Shown here in pieces: positions 32,725 to 43,160 of a DNA stretch of 61,777 nt. The stretch comes from Alphaproteobacteria bacterium (lineage in GTDB: Bacteria; Pseudomonadota; Alphaproteobacteria; UBA11136): NCBI GenBank assembly GCA_030739855.1, contig JASLYJ010000006.1, forward strand, positions 1 to 61,777, written 5' to 3'. Position numbers and translations under genes: made by a program. Below the pieces are notes generated by a model. The model was given only the letters and a program-made list of their open reading frames with translations, was not told the origin of the DNA and did not search any database. Every line of letters starts with the position of its first letter. Within the stretch, counting starts at the first letter, position 1.

Positions 32725-33420
32725 TTAAAAGTTACGTGTGAGACCTACGAGAAGACTGTGGTTTAAGACATCTATATCAAAGCTTGTGCCGTCTACAGCC
32801 GTAAAACCTGGGTCAGAGGTTCCAAAAAGCCGGTATGAAACCCCAGCAGACAACTTTTCAGTAAGTCCGTAATTAATTCCTGCGCCCGCCTGATATGCAA
32901 ATACAGTGTCAGTATCATCGGCCAGAAGGGTTGAAAGGGCGGTCGCGTCATTTACGCTGACCGTCGCGAACCCTAGCCCACCCAAAACGAAAGGGCGTAT
33001 ACGACGGCCGGACTTAGATTTAAGATTAAAGTCCTGGGCGACATTTGCCATGAATCCGAAAGTGCTGGTGTCTCCTGAAAGTGCAGTAGTCGCGGATAAG
33101 GCGGTGCCAAAAATGGTTTGATTAATGCTTACGGTAATATCATCGTAATCATTGTTTCGGTAGGACAATTCTCCTTCAACGCGCAATCCTGAAGACAGTT
33201 CTTTGCCTATTGCCCCCAAAACTAATGGCCCAGTATTAAGAGAGTGCTCAACATCGACAACACCAAAGGTGGAGGAATTAATATCCGAATCCGGGAATAT
33301 ATTGATGCCAGCACCGAGACTGGCGTACCAGCCATCATCTGCGGTAGCCGGCATCGCATAAGCGATTCCAGATATTGCTAACACGCCAATACTCAACATT
33401 TTTTTCATAATGGACACCAT
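32725..33420 (-). CDS. outer-membrane beta-barrel protein (8-stranded OmpA/opacity-like)
   Basis: Signal peptide, GWYASLGAG, GLRVEGELSYR, FAYQAGAGINY and a C-terminal Phe (VGLTRNF). Confidence 0.85.
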   Translation of the reverse strand: MVSIMKKMLSIGVLAISGIAYAMPATADDGWYASLGAGINIFPDSDINSSTFGVVDVEHSLNTGPLVLGAIGKELSSGLRVEGELSYRNNDYDDITVSINQTIFGTALSATTALSGDTSTFGFMANVAQDFNLKSKSGRRIRPFVLGGLGFATVSVNDATALSTLLADDTDTVFAYQAGAGINYGLTEKLSAGVSYRLFGTSDPGFTAVDGTSFDIDVLNHSLLVGLTRNF

Positions 33421-33555
33421 ATGTTGAGGCCATTAAACCGATAATCTCATCTCTGCTACGGTTGTTTATTAGGGCAAAAACGCAAGAAACGAGAAGTTAA
33501 AATCCGGGCCTGCGGACAACTACAACCGGCCTTGTCATTACACAACCTGGCGAAC

Positions 33556-33593
33556 GAGAGAGAGAGTGAGAGAGAGAGAGAGAATGTGTGTGT
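33556..33593. repeat. dinucleotide microsatellite (GA)5-GT-(GA)8-A-(TG)4T
   Basis: Read directly from the sequence. Confidence 0.9.
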
Positions 33594-33907
33594 CGGCTCC
33601 GTCTGCAGTAGACTATAAGTCGGTTACAAAATAGTAACTCTTGGCAGGGTGATGTCTAAGTTTATCAAGGTCTTAGACATTCCCTCTAGGGTGAAAGGCT
33701 TCCAGATTTTACATGATAATGGCGTCCTCCACCCACCTGATATCAGGCTATGCCGGAAAATGGATTCCCGACACCCCACAAAGACGCAAAAGCATTTATA
33801 AGATTTTAAAGAGTGGAAAAGTGCGTCAGACAGTTGGTTTTCTTGACTTATAAAGCGCGTATGCAACTATCAAACTGTGCATTTCTCGCGGCTAAAGGGG
33901 AGGAAGG

Positions 33908-34438
33908 ATGAATACTAAAATTTTGTTTATAGCGTTTGCACTTATCATCACAGCCAGTGCGGCCGTGTTTGTGTACTATTCTGATGTGAACATTTTATCT
34001 GGCACGTTAGAAAAGATGGCTATGCCTGAAGTTCAGTCAGGTGATGCATTCCCTGAAACTGCCATTAGCGAGAATGCTGCCGTAAATCCGCCTGATGTGT
34101 CCACTGTTACCGACACTGTCGAAGTATTTCTTCTGCGGGATGACGGCTCTATAGCAGAAGAGTTCTCTCTGGACATGCGGTGGGTTATTATCTTGCTTTC
34201 GCTAGTGGTGACCGTGACGCTCGTTGCCGTCGTTGCCGTAACAACCTCATTCTGCTTGTATCGACGGAAAAGACTCCTTCCTAAAGATCAACAACAAATA
34301 GACACTCGCACAGCTGACTACAGTTCAATGACTGGTAGCGACCAGAGGTTCGACGAAAAGCAGCACCATGACGATCGCAACGCCTCTGCCTACGGCCCCG
34401 ACCAGAGGCCTGACGAAAAGCAGCGCCAGGACGATTAA
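33908..34438 (+). CDS. hypothetical membrane protein (2 TM) with a duplicated C-terminal motif
   Basis: GGAGG upstream of ATG; two hydrophobic segments; DQRxDEKQxxDD occurs twice. Confidence 0.6.
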   Translation: MNTKILFIAFALIITASAAVFVYYSDVNILSGTLEKMAMPEVQSGDAFPETAISENAAVNPPDVSTVTDTVEVFLLRDDGSIAEEFSLDMRWVIILLSLVVTVTLVAVVAVTTSFCLYRRKRLLPKDQQQIDTRTADYSSMTGSDQRFDEKQHHDDRNASAYGPDQRPDEKQRQDD

Positions 34439-34452
34439 TCCCTGATGCAACA

Positions 34453-35226
34453 TTATTTCGTGTAGCTGCGGCTGGCCGCTACCTTGGCCTGCGCCATCTC
34501 GCGCAGTAGGGCGATGTCCACGGTGTCGAGGACGAAGTGGTATCCCGCCTCAAACAGGGCAGGGGCAGTGCGCCCGGCGGTGGCCATAGTCCCTAGCAGG
34601 GCTCCTGCATTCTTGGCGGCCTCACTTACGCGCGCCATGAGCGCGTCTATTGTGGCGCAGTCGGGGTTGTTGAAGTGGCCGGCGCTGGCCGACAGGTCCA
34701 TGGGTCCCACCAGCAGCATGTCCACGCCTTCCACGGAGGCGATCGCGTCCACAGCATCTACACCTTCCATGGTTTCGATCTGGCAGATGAGAAGAAACTC
34801 CGTTTTAAACCATTCAAGATAGCCACCAATATCCACACCATAACCGGACGCCCGGATTACGGAATGGGCCACCCCACGGATACCTTCGGGAGGGTAGCGA
34901 CAGGCCTTCACGGCGGCCCGGGCCTCGTCGGCGGAACTCACCGCTGGCACCATGACACCCGCGGGCCCGGCATCGAGTGCCCGCTTCAGGTCCACCGGAT
35001 CGTTGGCGGGGACACGAATCAGAGGCGCTGCGCCACCGGCGGTGATGGCTTGAAACTGCTGTACGGCGTTTTGGAAATCGCCGGGGCCGTGTTCCATATC
35101 CGTCATTACGGCGTCGTAGCCGCTTGTGGCCAAAATCTCTGCGGCCACGGGACTACCCATATTGGATAGGCATCCCAGCGCCGGACGGCCGTCTTTCAGC
35201 CGTTTCTTGAATGAAGGTATGGCCAC
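34453..35226 (-). CDS. HpcH/HpaI aldolase family protein
   Basis: GYDAVMTDMEHG, KRALDAG…VMVP, CRYPPEGIRG, QIET and VGPMDLS. Confidence 0.92.
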   Translation of the reverse strand: MAIPSFKKRLKDGRPALGCLSNMGSPVAAEILATSGYDAVMTDMEHGPGDFQNAVQQFQAITAGGAAPLIRVPANDPVDLKRALDAGPAGVMVPAVSSADEARAAVKACRYPPEGIRGVAHSVIRASGYGVDIGGYLEWFKTEFLLICQIETMEGVDAVDAIASVEGVDMLLVGPMDLSASAGHFNNPDCATIDALMARVSEAAKNAGALLGTMATAGRTAPALFEAGYHFVLDTVDIALLREMAQAKVAASRSYTK

Positions 35227-35298
35227 CTGGGGTCCTCTTTACAATTGGGTCTGCAGATATATATCTGGATCGGTGTTGCCTTGGGTTGGCCGAGTGCG

Positions 35299-35472
35299 TT
35301 AGTCCAGGTGTTTGTTATCGTATTTGCAATCCTTGCGCGTGGTTTCGGACTTGTCACGCTGTTTTTGATTCTTTGTACGCCCGTGGTAAATGCGGTTTAC
35401 TCCGGTCTTGCAGGCGGCTTCCTCTTTGGTGCGTTTTTTTCTGAAACGATTGAAATTGACAATTTCGCCCAT
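35299..35472 (-). CDS. DUF4169-family small basic protein (57 aa), not in the ORF track
   Basis: MGEIVNFNRFRKKRTKEEAACKTGVNRIYHGRTKNQK…HLD* matches the family pattern EIVN…RK…NR..HGRTK. Confidence 0.8.
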   Translation of the reverse strand: MGEIVNFNRFRKKRTKEEAACKTGVNRIYHGRTKNQKQRDKSETTRKDCKYDNKHLD

Positions 35473-35637
35473 GAAATCCCTACCCTTGAGAAGTGTATGG
35501 ACCTAGAGTAGCTGGGTAAGTGCTACATTTCCCGTGGTGTTTTTTCTGATTTACGATTTTCCAATTTACGGTGGGCGAACGTAACGTCCCCCACAAGATT
35601 TAACCGTTGTGGCGCGACTGCGCTGGGAGGGTGTCCT

Positions 35638-38600
35638 TTGCGGAAACTGTTAATAGTCCTCTTGGGTCTGATCGCGATCTTCGTGGCCGCTGTTCTCGTG
35701 ATGCCTAGTTTCATCGACTGGAATGAATATAAGGGCACCATCGCCAGCCAAGCCACAAAGATGACGGGCCGTGACGTTTCCATTGGCGGTGACCTCAGGC
35801 TCTCGGTGTTCCCCATCCCTGTCTTGTCGGTCCAAGACCTTCACCTCACCAGTGTGGAAGGCGCGACCGAAGCCGATATGGTGAGCATCAAGGCTCTGAC
35901 CATGCGTGTGGCACTGTGGCCTCTGTTCGCAGGAGAGGTGAAGATAGAATCTATTTCCTTGGTGGAACCGGTCATCCATCTCGAGGTTCTTGAAAACGGC
36001 CTCAATAACTGGACCTTTGCGGCGTTCGAAACCTTCTCTGGAAGGGAGATGGACCCCACAATTCTAGCAATCGAAAACAAGGCAGAGGAGCCAGTGGAGC
36101 GTAGGGAGACGCCCTCCGAGTCCGATCTGGGGGCTGGTTCAGGAGATGAGCCTGGCAAGCCCGATATGATGGTGATGCTCGACCACTTTGCCATCAGAAA
36201 CGGCACCCTTACTTATCGTGATGCTGGTTCCAGGACCTTCGAGAAGATCACGGGCTTCAACGCCAACATCGCCGCCAGATCCCTTAAAGGCCCCTTTGAG
36301 GCTGAGGGGGATATGGTTGTTCGTCACCTTCCTGTGAGCTTTTCTGCAAAGATAGGACCTCTCAACTCTACCCACCCCTTTCCGTTGACACTAGAAGTAG
36401 GCCTTGATCCAGCTAAAATCAGTGCACGGATTAGCGGATCGCTGTCGAAGTTTTCTGCTGACGGGAAATTCACCGGCACTCTTAAGATAGATGGCGACGA
36501 CCTTGGCAAAGCCATTGCCTTCTCGGCTCCTGGTGCCATATCGGCTCTGCCGGGGTTCCTAACCCAAGAGGTGACGATGAACGGTGCATTGACAGCCTCG
36601 GCCAAGGACGTTGCTGTGAACGATTTGTTTCTGCAGTTTGGTGATATCAAAGCCAGTGGGACTGTCGCTGCCGCTCTTTCGCCCTCCCTGCGGACGGATG
36701 CTACCCTTCGTTTCAGCCGGGTCGATCTGGACAAGTGGCTGGCCATGCCAGGAAGGAAGGCAAAAGCAGCGTTGGACTGGAAGGTCGCTCAGGATCGGTC
36801 CAGAGGCGATAAGCCTGCCGTTGTTTCGGAGAAGAAGGAAGGGAAAGATAAGCAAGCGCCACTTGGATTTTCCTTGCCTTCTGGGTTTGCCGCCTCCCTC
36901 AACCTCTCCACCGAAGTGCTGGTTTACAACGGAAAGGTGATCCGCGAGGTGGTGATGAACACGGTCCTGGAGAAAGGGCGTCTGTCGGTAAGCAAGGCCA
37001 CGGCACAGCTCCCCGGTAGCACCAGTTATGCCCTTTCTGGTACTCTTACCGCGAGCAAAGGCCGGCCCGTTTTTGCCGGAAGTTTCAAGGCAGCGTCGAA
37101 GAACCTGCGTGCACTTCTTGACTGGCTGGAAGTCGATATCGACGGTGTTCCCGCCGATCGGTTGCGAGGGCTCAGCCTGTCGGGACAGGTCACAGGGTCA
37201 CGCCAGCAAGTGAACGTCACCTCCCTGGTGGCGCAGCTGGACGCCACCAAAATAACTGGCGGCCTTGCTATTGCCTTACGCGAGCGTCCGGCTTTCGGCC
37301 TCCAACTCAATCTCGACCGCCTCAACCTCAATGCCTATCTGCCCGTTGACGACGAGGCAGGAGAAGGAATTGGTCCGGCCAAAGGCCTCAAAGCAGAAGG
37401 CAAGGGGCGAGGAGACACTGGGGTGGGCGCCAGGGCGCAAAAGCCTACTTCTTTAAAGGTCGATAGCAAGAGGTTGCCGGACGCGCTTTCGGCACTGGGC
37501 GGTTTCGACGCCAATTTCAAGATTGCGGCAGGAACCATCGACTACAATAAAATAGCTATTAAGGGGGTGCGTCTCGATGGAACCCTTCAGGGCGGGAAGC
37601 TGACTCTACGCAATGTCGGGATTAGCAACCTTGCCGGGGCCGGGATAAAAGTCACGGGTTTGGTGGAGAAACTAAGATCTGCGCCGGAGGTGAGTCTTGA
37701 TTTCGACCTCAAGACGAAAAACCTTCCTGAGTTTTTCCGCCTCAGCGGCGGTGAGCCTCCGAAATTTTTCTCCCGCATGGGGAAGGTAACCTTTGCCGGG
37801 CGTGTAAAGGGATCCCTTTCCTCCTTGCAGCTCGATGCCGGTCTCGAAATGGCCGGAGGCAAGGCGACTCTGGCCGGGGTGGTGGAGGACTTGATCCTGC
37901 ACCCCAAGATGAACATGAATGTGGATATGACCCATCCCAGCGTTATCAGACTGGTGCGGGTCTTTATTCCCGATTACCGTCCGGCGGCTGTTAAACTCGG
38001 GGGAGTCAGTTTCCGCGGACAGATGCACGCCGACGCCGACCGCCTTATCCTGTCCAACGTAAACAGCCAGGTGGGCCCCGTGGCTCTTGCCGGCGAGGTC
38101 CAGATCGTTTTTAGCACCGCGCGGCCCCACGTGAAAGCCACCCTTTCAGGAAGCGAAATCATCATCGACTTGTTTCTGCCTGCGGCATCTAAATCGCTGG
38201 GGCTAGCTCCGGGGTGGAGGATGTATTTCATCCCTGCTGCGGCCCAGCACCAACAAGCCGCCCCCACTTCCACCCAAGCCGTGCCGTGGTCAAACGCGCC
38301 CCTTGACCTCTCAGCCCTTTCCGCCTTCGACGCCGATATCAAACTGGTGGCGCCAGCGCTGGCTTACGATAAATACCGCGTGGACAAGCCGCAGCTTGTG
38401 ATGAACCTCAAGGACTCGGTGCTTACTATTTCTCAGCTTTCAGGGAAGATGTTCGAGGGTGATTTCAACATGCAGAGCCGCCTTGTTGCAGCAGAGACGT
38501 CTACTCTTTCCAGTAGAATTTCCGTGGTTAACGCCGATATTAAACGGGCCTTGTTCGCCGCTGGCGACATTGACGTGGCAGATGGAAATTTGCAGTTCAC

Positions 38601-39270
38601 CCTCAATATGGCGACCTCTGGCCGCAGTTCACTGGAAATGATTTCCGCTCTTTCGGGCAAAGGGGTGATGAAAGTCACCGAAGGGGTGGTGGAAGGTTTC
38701 AACCTTACCGCCGTTAGCGAGAAGCTGAAAAATCTAGATAATACCCTGAGCTTCCTCTCCCTTCTTCAGACCTCCATGTCGGGGGGGAAGACCAGGTTCT
38801 CGCGCCTTGATGGCACCTTCGACATCGAAAAGGGCGTGGTCCGTACCAACAATATCCTGCTACTAGCCCAAGCGGGAGAAGGCCGGGCCTCCGGCGTTAT
38901 CGACCTGCCGCGCTGGATGCTGGACATCAAGACCAGCTTTTCTCTCACTGAGCATTCCAAGGCGCCGCCATTCGGCATGCATCTCAGCGGCTCCATAGAC
39001 CAGCCCAGGCGGGTCTTCGACGTCGAACGCCTGCAGGCCTATTTGTTGCAGCGCGGTGTGGGTACCCTGCTGCGCAAGGTCAGCCCCAAGAAGGGAGGTG
39101 AAGGCGGAACGGCGGGACAGATTCTTGATAAAATTCTTGGCAGCGAAGCTGGAACCAAGAGTAATCAAGGCCAGACCGCCCCTCCTCCCACGAAAAAACA
39201 AGAAACTATCAACCCTCTCAAGGAGCCGGAAAAGGTGCTCAAGGAGATTTTGAAGGGAATATTCAAATAG
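35638..39270 (+). CDS. AsmA-family protein (putative lipid-transport bridge)
   Basis: N-terminal TM followed by PSFIDWNEYK…TGRDVSIGGDL; beta-rich repeats; C-terminal AsmA-like region (GGKTRFSRLDGTFDIEKGV); TTG start. Confidence 0.88.
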   Translation: MRKLLIVLLGLIAIFVAAVLVMPSFIDWNEYKGTIASQATKMTGRDVSIGGDLRLSVFPIPVLSVQDLHLTSVEGATEADMVSIKALTMRVALWPLFAGEVKIESISLVEPVIHLEVLENGLNNWTFAAFETFSGREMDPTILAIENKAEEPVERRETPSESDLGAGSGDEPGKPDMMVMLDHFAIRNGTLTYRDAGSRTFEKITGFNANIAARSLKGPFEAEGDMVVRHLPVSFSAKIGPLNSTHPFPLTLEVGLDPAKISARISGSLSKFSADGKFTGTLKIDGDDLGKAIAFSAPGAISALPGFLTQEVTMNGALTASAKDVAVNDLFLQFGDIKASGTVAAALSPSLRTDATLRFSRVDLDKWLAMPGRKAKAALDWKVAQDRSRGDKPAVVSEKKEGKDKQAPLGFSLPSGFAASLNLSTEVLVYNGKVIREVVMNTVLEKGRLSVSKATAQLPGSTSYALSGTLTASKGRPVFAGSFKAASKNLRALLDWLEVDIDGVPADRLRGLSLSGQVTGSRQQVNVTSLVAQLDATKITGGLAIALRERPAFGLQLNLDRLNLNAYLPVDDEAGEGIGPAKGLKAEGKGRGDTGVGARAQKPTSLKVDSKRLPDALSALGGFDANFKIAAGTIDYNKIAIKGVRLDGTLQGGKLTLRNVGISNLAGAGIKVTGLVEKLRSAPEVSLDFDLKTKNLPEFFRLSGGEPPKFFSRMGKVTFAGRVKGSLSSLQLDAGLEMAGGKATLAGVVEDLILHPKMNMNVDMTHPSVIRLVRVFIPDYRPAAVKLGGVSFRGQMHADADRLILSNVNSQVGPVALAGEVQIVFSTARPHVKATLSGSEIIIDLFLPAASKSLGLAPGWRMYFIPAAAQHQQAAPTSTQAVPWSNAPLDLSALSAFDADIKLVAPALAYDKYRVDKPQLVMNLKDSVLTISQLSGKMFEGDFNMQSRLVAAETSTLSSRISVVNADIKRALFAAGDIDVADGNLQFTLNMATSGRSSLEMISALSGKGVMKVTEGVVEGFNLTAVSEKLKNLDNTLSFLSLLQTSMSGGKTRFSRLDGTFDIEKGVVRTNNILLLAQAGEGRASGVIDLPRWMLDIKTSFSLTEHSKAPPFGMHLSGSIDQPRRVFDVERLQAYLLQRGVGTLLRKVSPKKGGEGGTAGQILDKILGSEAGTKSNQGQTAPPPTKKQETINPLKEPEKVLKEILKGIFK

Positions 39271-39284
39271 CCTTAAACAGGCAG

Positions 39285-39521
39285 TCACCGCTGCTGCAAT
39301 TCTTCAAGCACGAAGAGGCGGGTGGCGCTGGAGAGGTTGCCGCTTCGTTCGGCGTCGATGAGGCTAATCAGGCGGTTTCGTGATAGGCCCCGGCGCGTAG
39401 CGATTTTTCCAAGGGCCTCCCAGAAGGAGTCTTCCAGCGATACGCTAGTGCGGTGGCCGGCCACAATCACCGAGTGTTTGTGTATGCGGGCACCGTCGCC
39501 ATCGGTAGGCGGGACGGTCAT
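39285..39521 (-). CDS. ribbon-helix-helix (RHH_4) protein
   Basis: [23 protein letters not shown]…[11 protein letters not shown]. Confidence 0.9.
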   Translation of the reverse strand: MTVPPTDGDGARIHKHSVIVAGHRTSVSLEDSFWEALGKIATRRGLSRNRLISLIDAERSGNLSSATRLFVLEELQQR

Positions 39522-41152
39522 GATCTGTTGTGAACGGGAGATATAATGTCGGCGAAGAAGTCGTTGCCTTTGTCGTCGATGATGATGAAAGCGGGGAAGT
39601 TCTCTACCTCGATCTTCCAGATGGCCTCCATGCCGAGCTTGGCGAAGTCCAGCACCTCTACCTTGCGGATACAGTCCTGGGCCAGCCGCGCGGCGGGCCC
39701 GCCGATGGAGCCGAGATAGAACCCGCCGTGTTTCTTGCAGGCTTCCTTGACTATGTCGCTGCGGTTGCCCTTGGCCAGCATCACCATGGATCCGCCCAGG
39801 GACTGGAAGAGGCTGACGTAGGAATCCATGCGGCCCGCCGTGGTCGGCCCGAAGGAGCCCGAGGCGTAGCCTTTCGGCGTTTTGGCGGGGCCCGCGTAAT
39901 AAACGATGTGATCACGGAAATAATCCGGCAACTCCCCGCCCGCGTCCACCTGTTCCTTGAGCTTGGCATGGGCGGTGTCGCGGGCCACCACCAGGGGGCC
40001 GGTAAGCGAAAGCCGGGTCTTGATGGGATGCCGGCTCAGCGCCTTGCGGATGTCGTGCATGGGCTGATTGAGGTCGATCTCCACCATCTCGCCGCCCAGA
40101 GCCGCCTCGTCCACCTCGGGTAGGTATTTGGCGGGGTTGGTTTCCAGTTGCTCTAGGAAGACGCCCTGGTCGGTGATCTTGCCCAGGATGTGCCTGTCCG
40201 CCGAACAGGATACGCCGATCCCCACCGGGCAGGAGGCGCCGTGGCGCGGCAGGCGGATGACGCGTACGTCGTGACAGAAATACTTACCGCCGAACTGGGC
40301 GCCGATACCGGTATTGTGGGTGATCTCGTGAATCTGCTGTTCATGTTCCAGGTCACGGAAGGCTTGGCCGTGTTTGCTACCTTTTGTGGGCAAACCGTCG
40401 AGGTAATGGGCACTGGCCAGTTTTACCGTTTGCAGGTTGAGCTCCGCAGAGGTGCCGCCGATGACCACGGCCAGGTGATAGGGCGGGCAGGCGGCGGTGC
40501 CCAGGCCGCGGATTTTATCATCGATGAATTTTAGCAGTGTTTCCGGATTAAGTAGGGCCTTGGTTTCCTGGAAGAGGAAAGTCTTGTTGGCTGAGCCGCC
40601 GCCCTTGGCCATAAATAGAAAATTGTACTCGTTCCCGACTGTGGCGTGGATATCGATTTGTGCCGGCATGTTGTTGCCTGTGTTGATCTCCGAGAACATG
40701 TCGAGCGGCGCGATCTGGCTAAACCGCAAGTTGGATTCATCATAGGTGTGGTGGATGCCCTTGGAGAGGGCAGCCTCATCATGGCCTTCGGTCCAAACCT
40801 GCTGGCCCTTTTTCGCCATGATGATGGCAGTGCCCGTATCCTGGCACATGGGTAGAATCATGCCTGCGGAAATATTCGCGTTCTTCAGCAGTTCCAAGGC
40901 CACGTAGCGGTCATTGTCGGAAGCCTCCGGGTCATCAAGAATCATACTCAACTTTTCCAGATGTTGTGGCCGTAGAAGGTGGGAAACATCGCGGAATGCC
41001 TCCGCTGCGAGAAGTTCCAACGCCGCATCCGCTACTTTGAGGACTTTCCGGCCCTCAAATTTTGCAGTGGCCACATAGTCGCCTGTCAAGCGTCGGAAGG
41101 GCCTTTCGACTTCGCTTAGGGGGAACATTTCATTATAGGCGAAGTCTGACAT
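39518..41152 (-). CDS. class I (Fe-S) fumarate hydratase
   Basis: [29 protein letters not shown] and GPTTAGRMD. Confidence 0.95.
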   Translation of the reverse strand: MSDFAYNEMFPLSEVERPFRRLTGDYVATAKFEGRKVLKVADAALELLAAEAFRDVSHLLRPQHLEKLSMILDDPEASDNDRYVALELLKNANISAGMILPMCQDTGTAIIMAKKGQQVWTEGHDEAALSKGIHHTYDESNLRFSQIAPLDMFSEINTGNNMPAQIDIHATVGNEYNFLFMAKGGGSANKTFLFQETKALLNPETLLKFIDDKIRGLGTAACPPYHLAVVIGGTSAELNLQTVKLASAHYLDGLPTKGSKHGQAFRDLEHEQQIHEITHNTGIGAQFGGKYFCHDVRVIRLPRHGASCPVGIGVSCSADRHILGKITDQGVFLEQLETNPAKYLPEVDEAALGGEMVEIDLNQPMHDIRKALSRHPIKTRLSLTGPLVVARDTAHAKLKEQVDAGGELPDYFRDHIVYYAGPAKTPKGYASGSFGPTTAGRMDSYVSLFQSLGGSMVMLAKGNRSDIVKEACKKHGGFYLGSIGGPAARLAQDCIRKVEVLDFAKLGMEAIWKIEVENFPAFIIIDDKGNDFFADIISPVHNRS

Positions 41153-41200
41153 GGGATTATCCAGGAAAAAGGCCGAAAGAAAGGAGACCAGGGACGGGGG

Positions 41201-41713
41201 TCAGCTTTTGCTCGGCCGTCTGCGGAAGGCATCCAAGGCCACCACTTCACCGCTGCCATCAGGCGGGCTTTCCCCGGCTTCCGCATCCGTCTCCTCGGCG
41301 TCGCTACCCCTGATTTCCACGGGGATGGGCTCGGAGCTATCGGTGGAGGACACCTGTAGACTGAATTTTACCGAGGGATCGACGAAGCTGGTAACGGCGG
41401 CAAAGGGAATATGTAGGCATTCGTTAATCTTGTTAAAGCTCAAGGTGACTTCAAAAAAATCTTCTTCTACTTCCAGCCCCCAGAACTGGTGCTCGAGGAT
41501 GATAGTCATTTCCTGAGGGTGCTGTTTAGCCAGATATTCCGGAATGTCTACGTCGGTATGAGCAGTGAGGAAGGTGATGTAGAAATGGTGTTTGCCAGGA
41601 AAGCCGTGTTCAGCGACCAAAATAAGGGAATCGCGGACGACGGAGCGAAGCGCACTTTCGACCATCTTATCGTATTGCAACAATGCTTTCGTCATATCCT
41701 CCGTTCCAATCAT
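41201..41713 (-). CDS. sspB: ClpXP adaptor SspB (alphaproteobacterial type)
   Basis: HHFYITF, YLAKQHPQEMTIILEHQFW, FVDPSVKF and ClpX-binding tail VVALDAFRR; adjacent to ssrA. Confidence 0.92.
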   Translation of the reverse strand: MIGTEDMTKALLQYDKMVESALRSVVRDSLILVAEHGFPGKHHFYITFLTAHTDVDIPEYLAKQHPQEMTIILEHQFWGLEVEEDFFEVTLSFNKINECLHIPFAAVTSFVDPSVKFSLQVSSTDSSEPIPVEIRGSDAEETDAEAGESPPDGSGEVVALDAFRRRPSKS

Positions 41714-41745
41714 GTGGGGCCATTTCTGCAGGGTAAGCCTCGAAA

Positions 41746-42037
41746 GTGGGGGACTTCTGTTGCCCGGTGTCCCCCGGACCGCGCTTACCTAATACTAGGC
41801 AGCGAGTGCGATTTGGTTATCGTTCGCAATTAACGATCGGCCCGATAACGGTGGTACCATGCCGGGCGAAAATCATACCGTTTCCACGCACGTCGATCCT
41901 GTATCGCCCCCACAACAAAGCCTGCCCGTGACACGCAAAGCTGTGGTCGGGGAAATGGTGGAGGCGCCGGGTACTGCCCCCGGGTCCGCAACGGGTAATA
42001 AGCATGACGTTTATCGCCATAGTCGGTTGCCCGACCC
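41746..42037 (-). ncRNA. ssrA: tmRNA, circularly permuted two-piece gene; tag ANDNQIALAA
   Basis: The piece carrying the T arm and CGCCTCCACCA (3' end 41956) comes first. The piece beginning GGGGGCG (41911), with a G3-U70 pair, follows. Tag frame is 41827-41795. Outer ends are approximate. Confidence 0.93.
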
Positions 42038-42212
42038 TCGTAATATAGGCGTATCTCCTTACTATTGAAAGTGCTCCAAGAGCGGAATTTGTGGGTGAAA
42101 TCGAACCGTATAGAAACTTTTCCAATTGGTCGGAATGTGCTCTAGAGGTAAAATCATTTCTCGGGCCATTGCCGAAGCTTACTCCTCACGCCCCTCAAGG
42201 AATAAAACAAAC

Positions 42213-43160
42213 ATGCCTTTGACCCCGGAACAGCAAAAAGATGTGGCACGCATGCGTGCGCAAAGCGTCGAGACTCGCCGCGTCACCGTTCCAGCTTTAG
42301 AGGAAATCCTCTACCAACCATTCGATGTGCTCGATCACGGATTTATCCGTGTCATCGATTACATGGGCGACGACGGGGCGGTGGTGCAGGCGGCCCGTGT
42401 TTCCTACGGCAGGGGCACCAAGAAGGCGAGCGAGGATCGGGGATTGATCCGTTATCTCATCCGCCACCGCCACACCACTCCCTTCGAAATGTGTGAAATC
42501 AAGTTTCACGTTAAGCTACCTATCTTCGTAGCGCGCCAGTGGATCCGCCACCGCACCGCCAACGTCAACGAGTATTCGGCGCGCTACTCTATCCTCGAGA
42601 AGGAATTCTACATCCCGGTGCCCGAACAGATGGCCACGCAGTCGAGCGCTAACCACCAGGGTCGTGGCGAGGCTCTAGAGGGGGAGGAAGCCGCCCGTGC
42701 CTTGGAACTGCTGCGCGAGGATGCCGAGACTTGTTACCGCCATTACGAGGAGATGCTTAACGAGGGCGAGGGGGATAATGTGGTGGACCCTGAGAAGAAA
42801 GGGCTGGCACGCGAACTGGCGCGTATGAATCTGACGCTCAACACCTATACCCAGTGGTACTGGAAGATCGACCTCCACAACCTCATGCATTTCCTTTCCC
42901 TGCGCGCCGATCCCCACGCCCAGTACGAAATTCGCGTCTATGCTGAGGCTATGCTAGACTGTCTGAAGCGTTGGGTGCCGCTGGTTTACGAGGCTTTCAC
43001 CGATTACCGTACAGGTGGAGCTTTTCTCTCGGCGGCAGCCATGAAGGTGGTGAAAGACCTGATTCACGGAAAAGAGCCGACCCAGGAATCCAGCGGCCTT
43101 TCAAAACGCGAATGGCGCGAACTGATGGAACTGTTGGAGCGACCAGACGAGACAGCGTAG
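42213..43160 (+). CDS. thyX: FAD-dependent thymidylate synthase
   Basis: AARVSY, HTTPFE, motif [14 protein letters not shown] and AQYEIR. ATG 42213 is preferred. Confidence 0.96.
   Translation: MPLTPEQQKDVARMRAQSVETRRVTVPALEEILYQPFDVLDHGFIRVIDYMGDDGAVVQAARVSYGRGTKKASEDRGLIRYLIRHRHTTPFEMCEIKFHVKLPIFVARQWIRHRTANVNEYSARYSILEKEFYIPVPEQMATQSSANHQGRGEALEGEEAARALELLREDAETCYRHYEEMLNEGEGDNVVDPEKKGLARELARMNLTLNTYTQWYWKIDLHNLMHFLSLRADPHAQYEIRVYAEAMLDCLKRWVPLVYEAFTDYRTGGAFLSAAAMKVVKDLIHGKEPTQESSGLSKREWRELMELLERPDETA

Noticed and set aside
35245-35511. 88-aa hydrophobic plus-strand ORF
   Set aside because: It is the antisense of the DUF4169-like gene, which has the recognisable motif.
41817-42125. ORFs overlapping ssrA
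   Set aside because: The region is explained by the permuted tmRNA and its promoter.
42213-43160. thyX rather than thyA
   Set aside because: Known in several alphaproteobacterial lineages; not novel.
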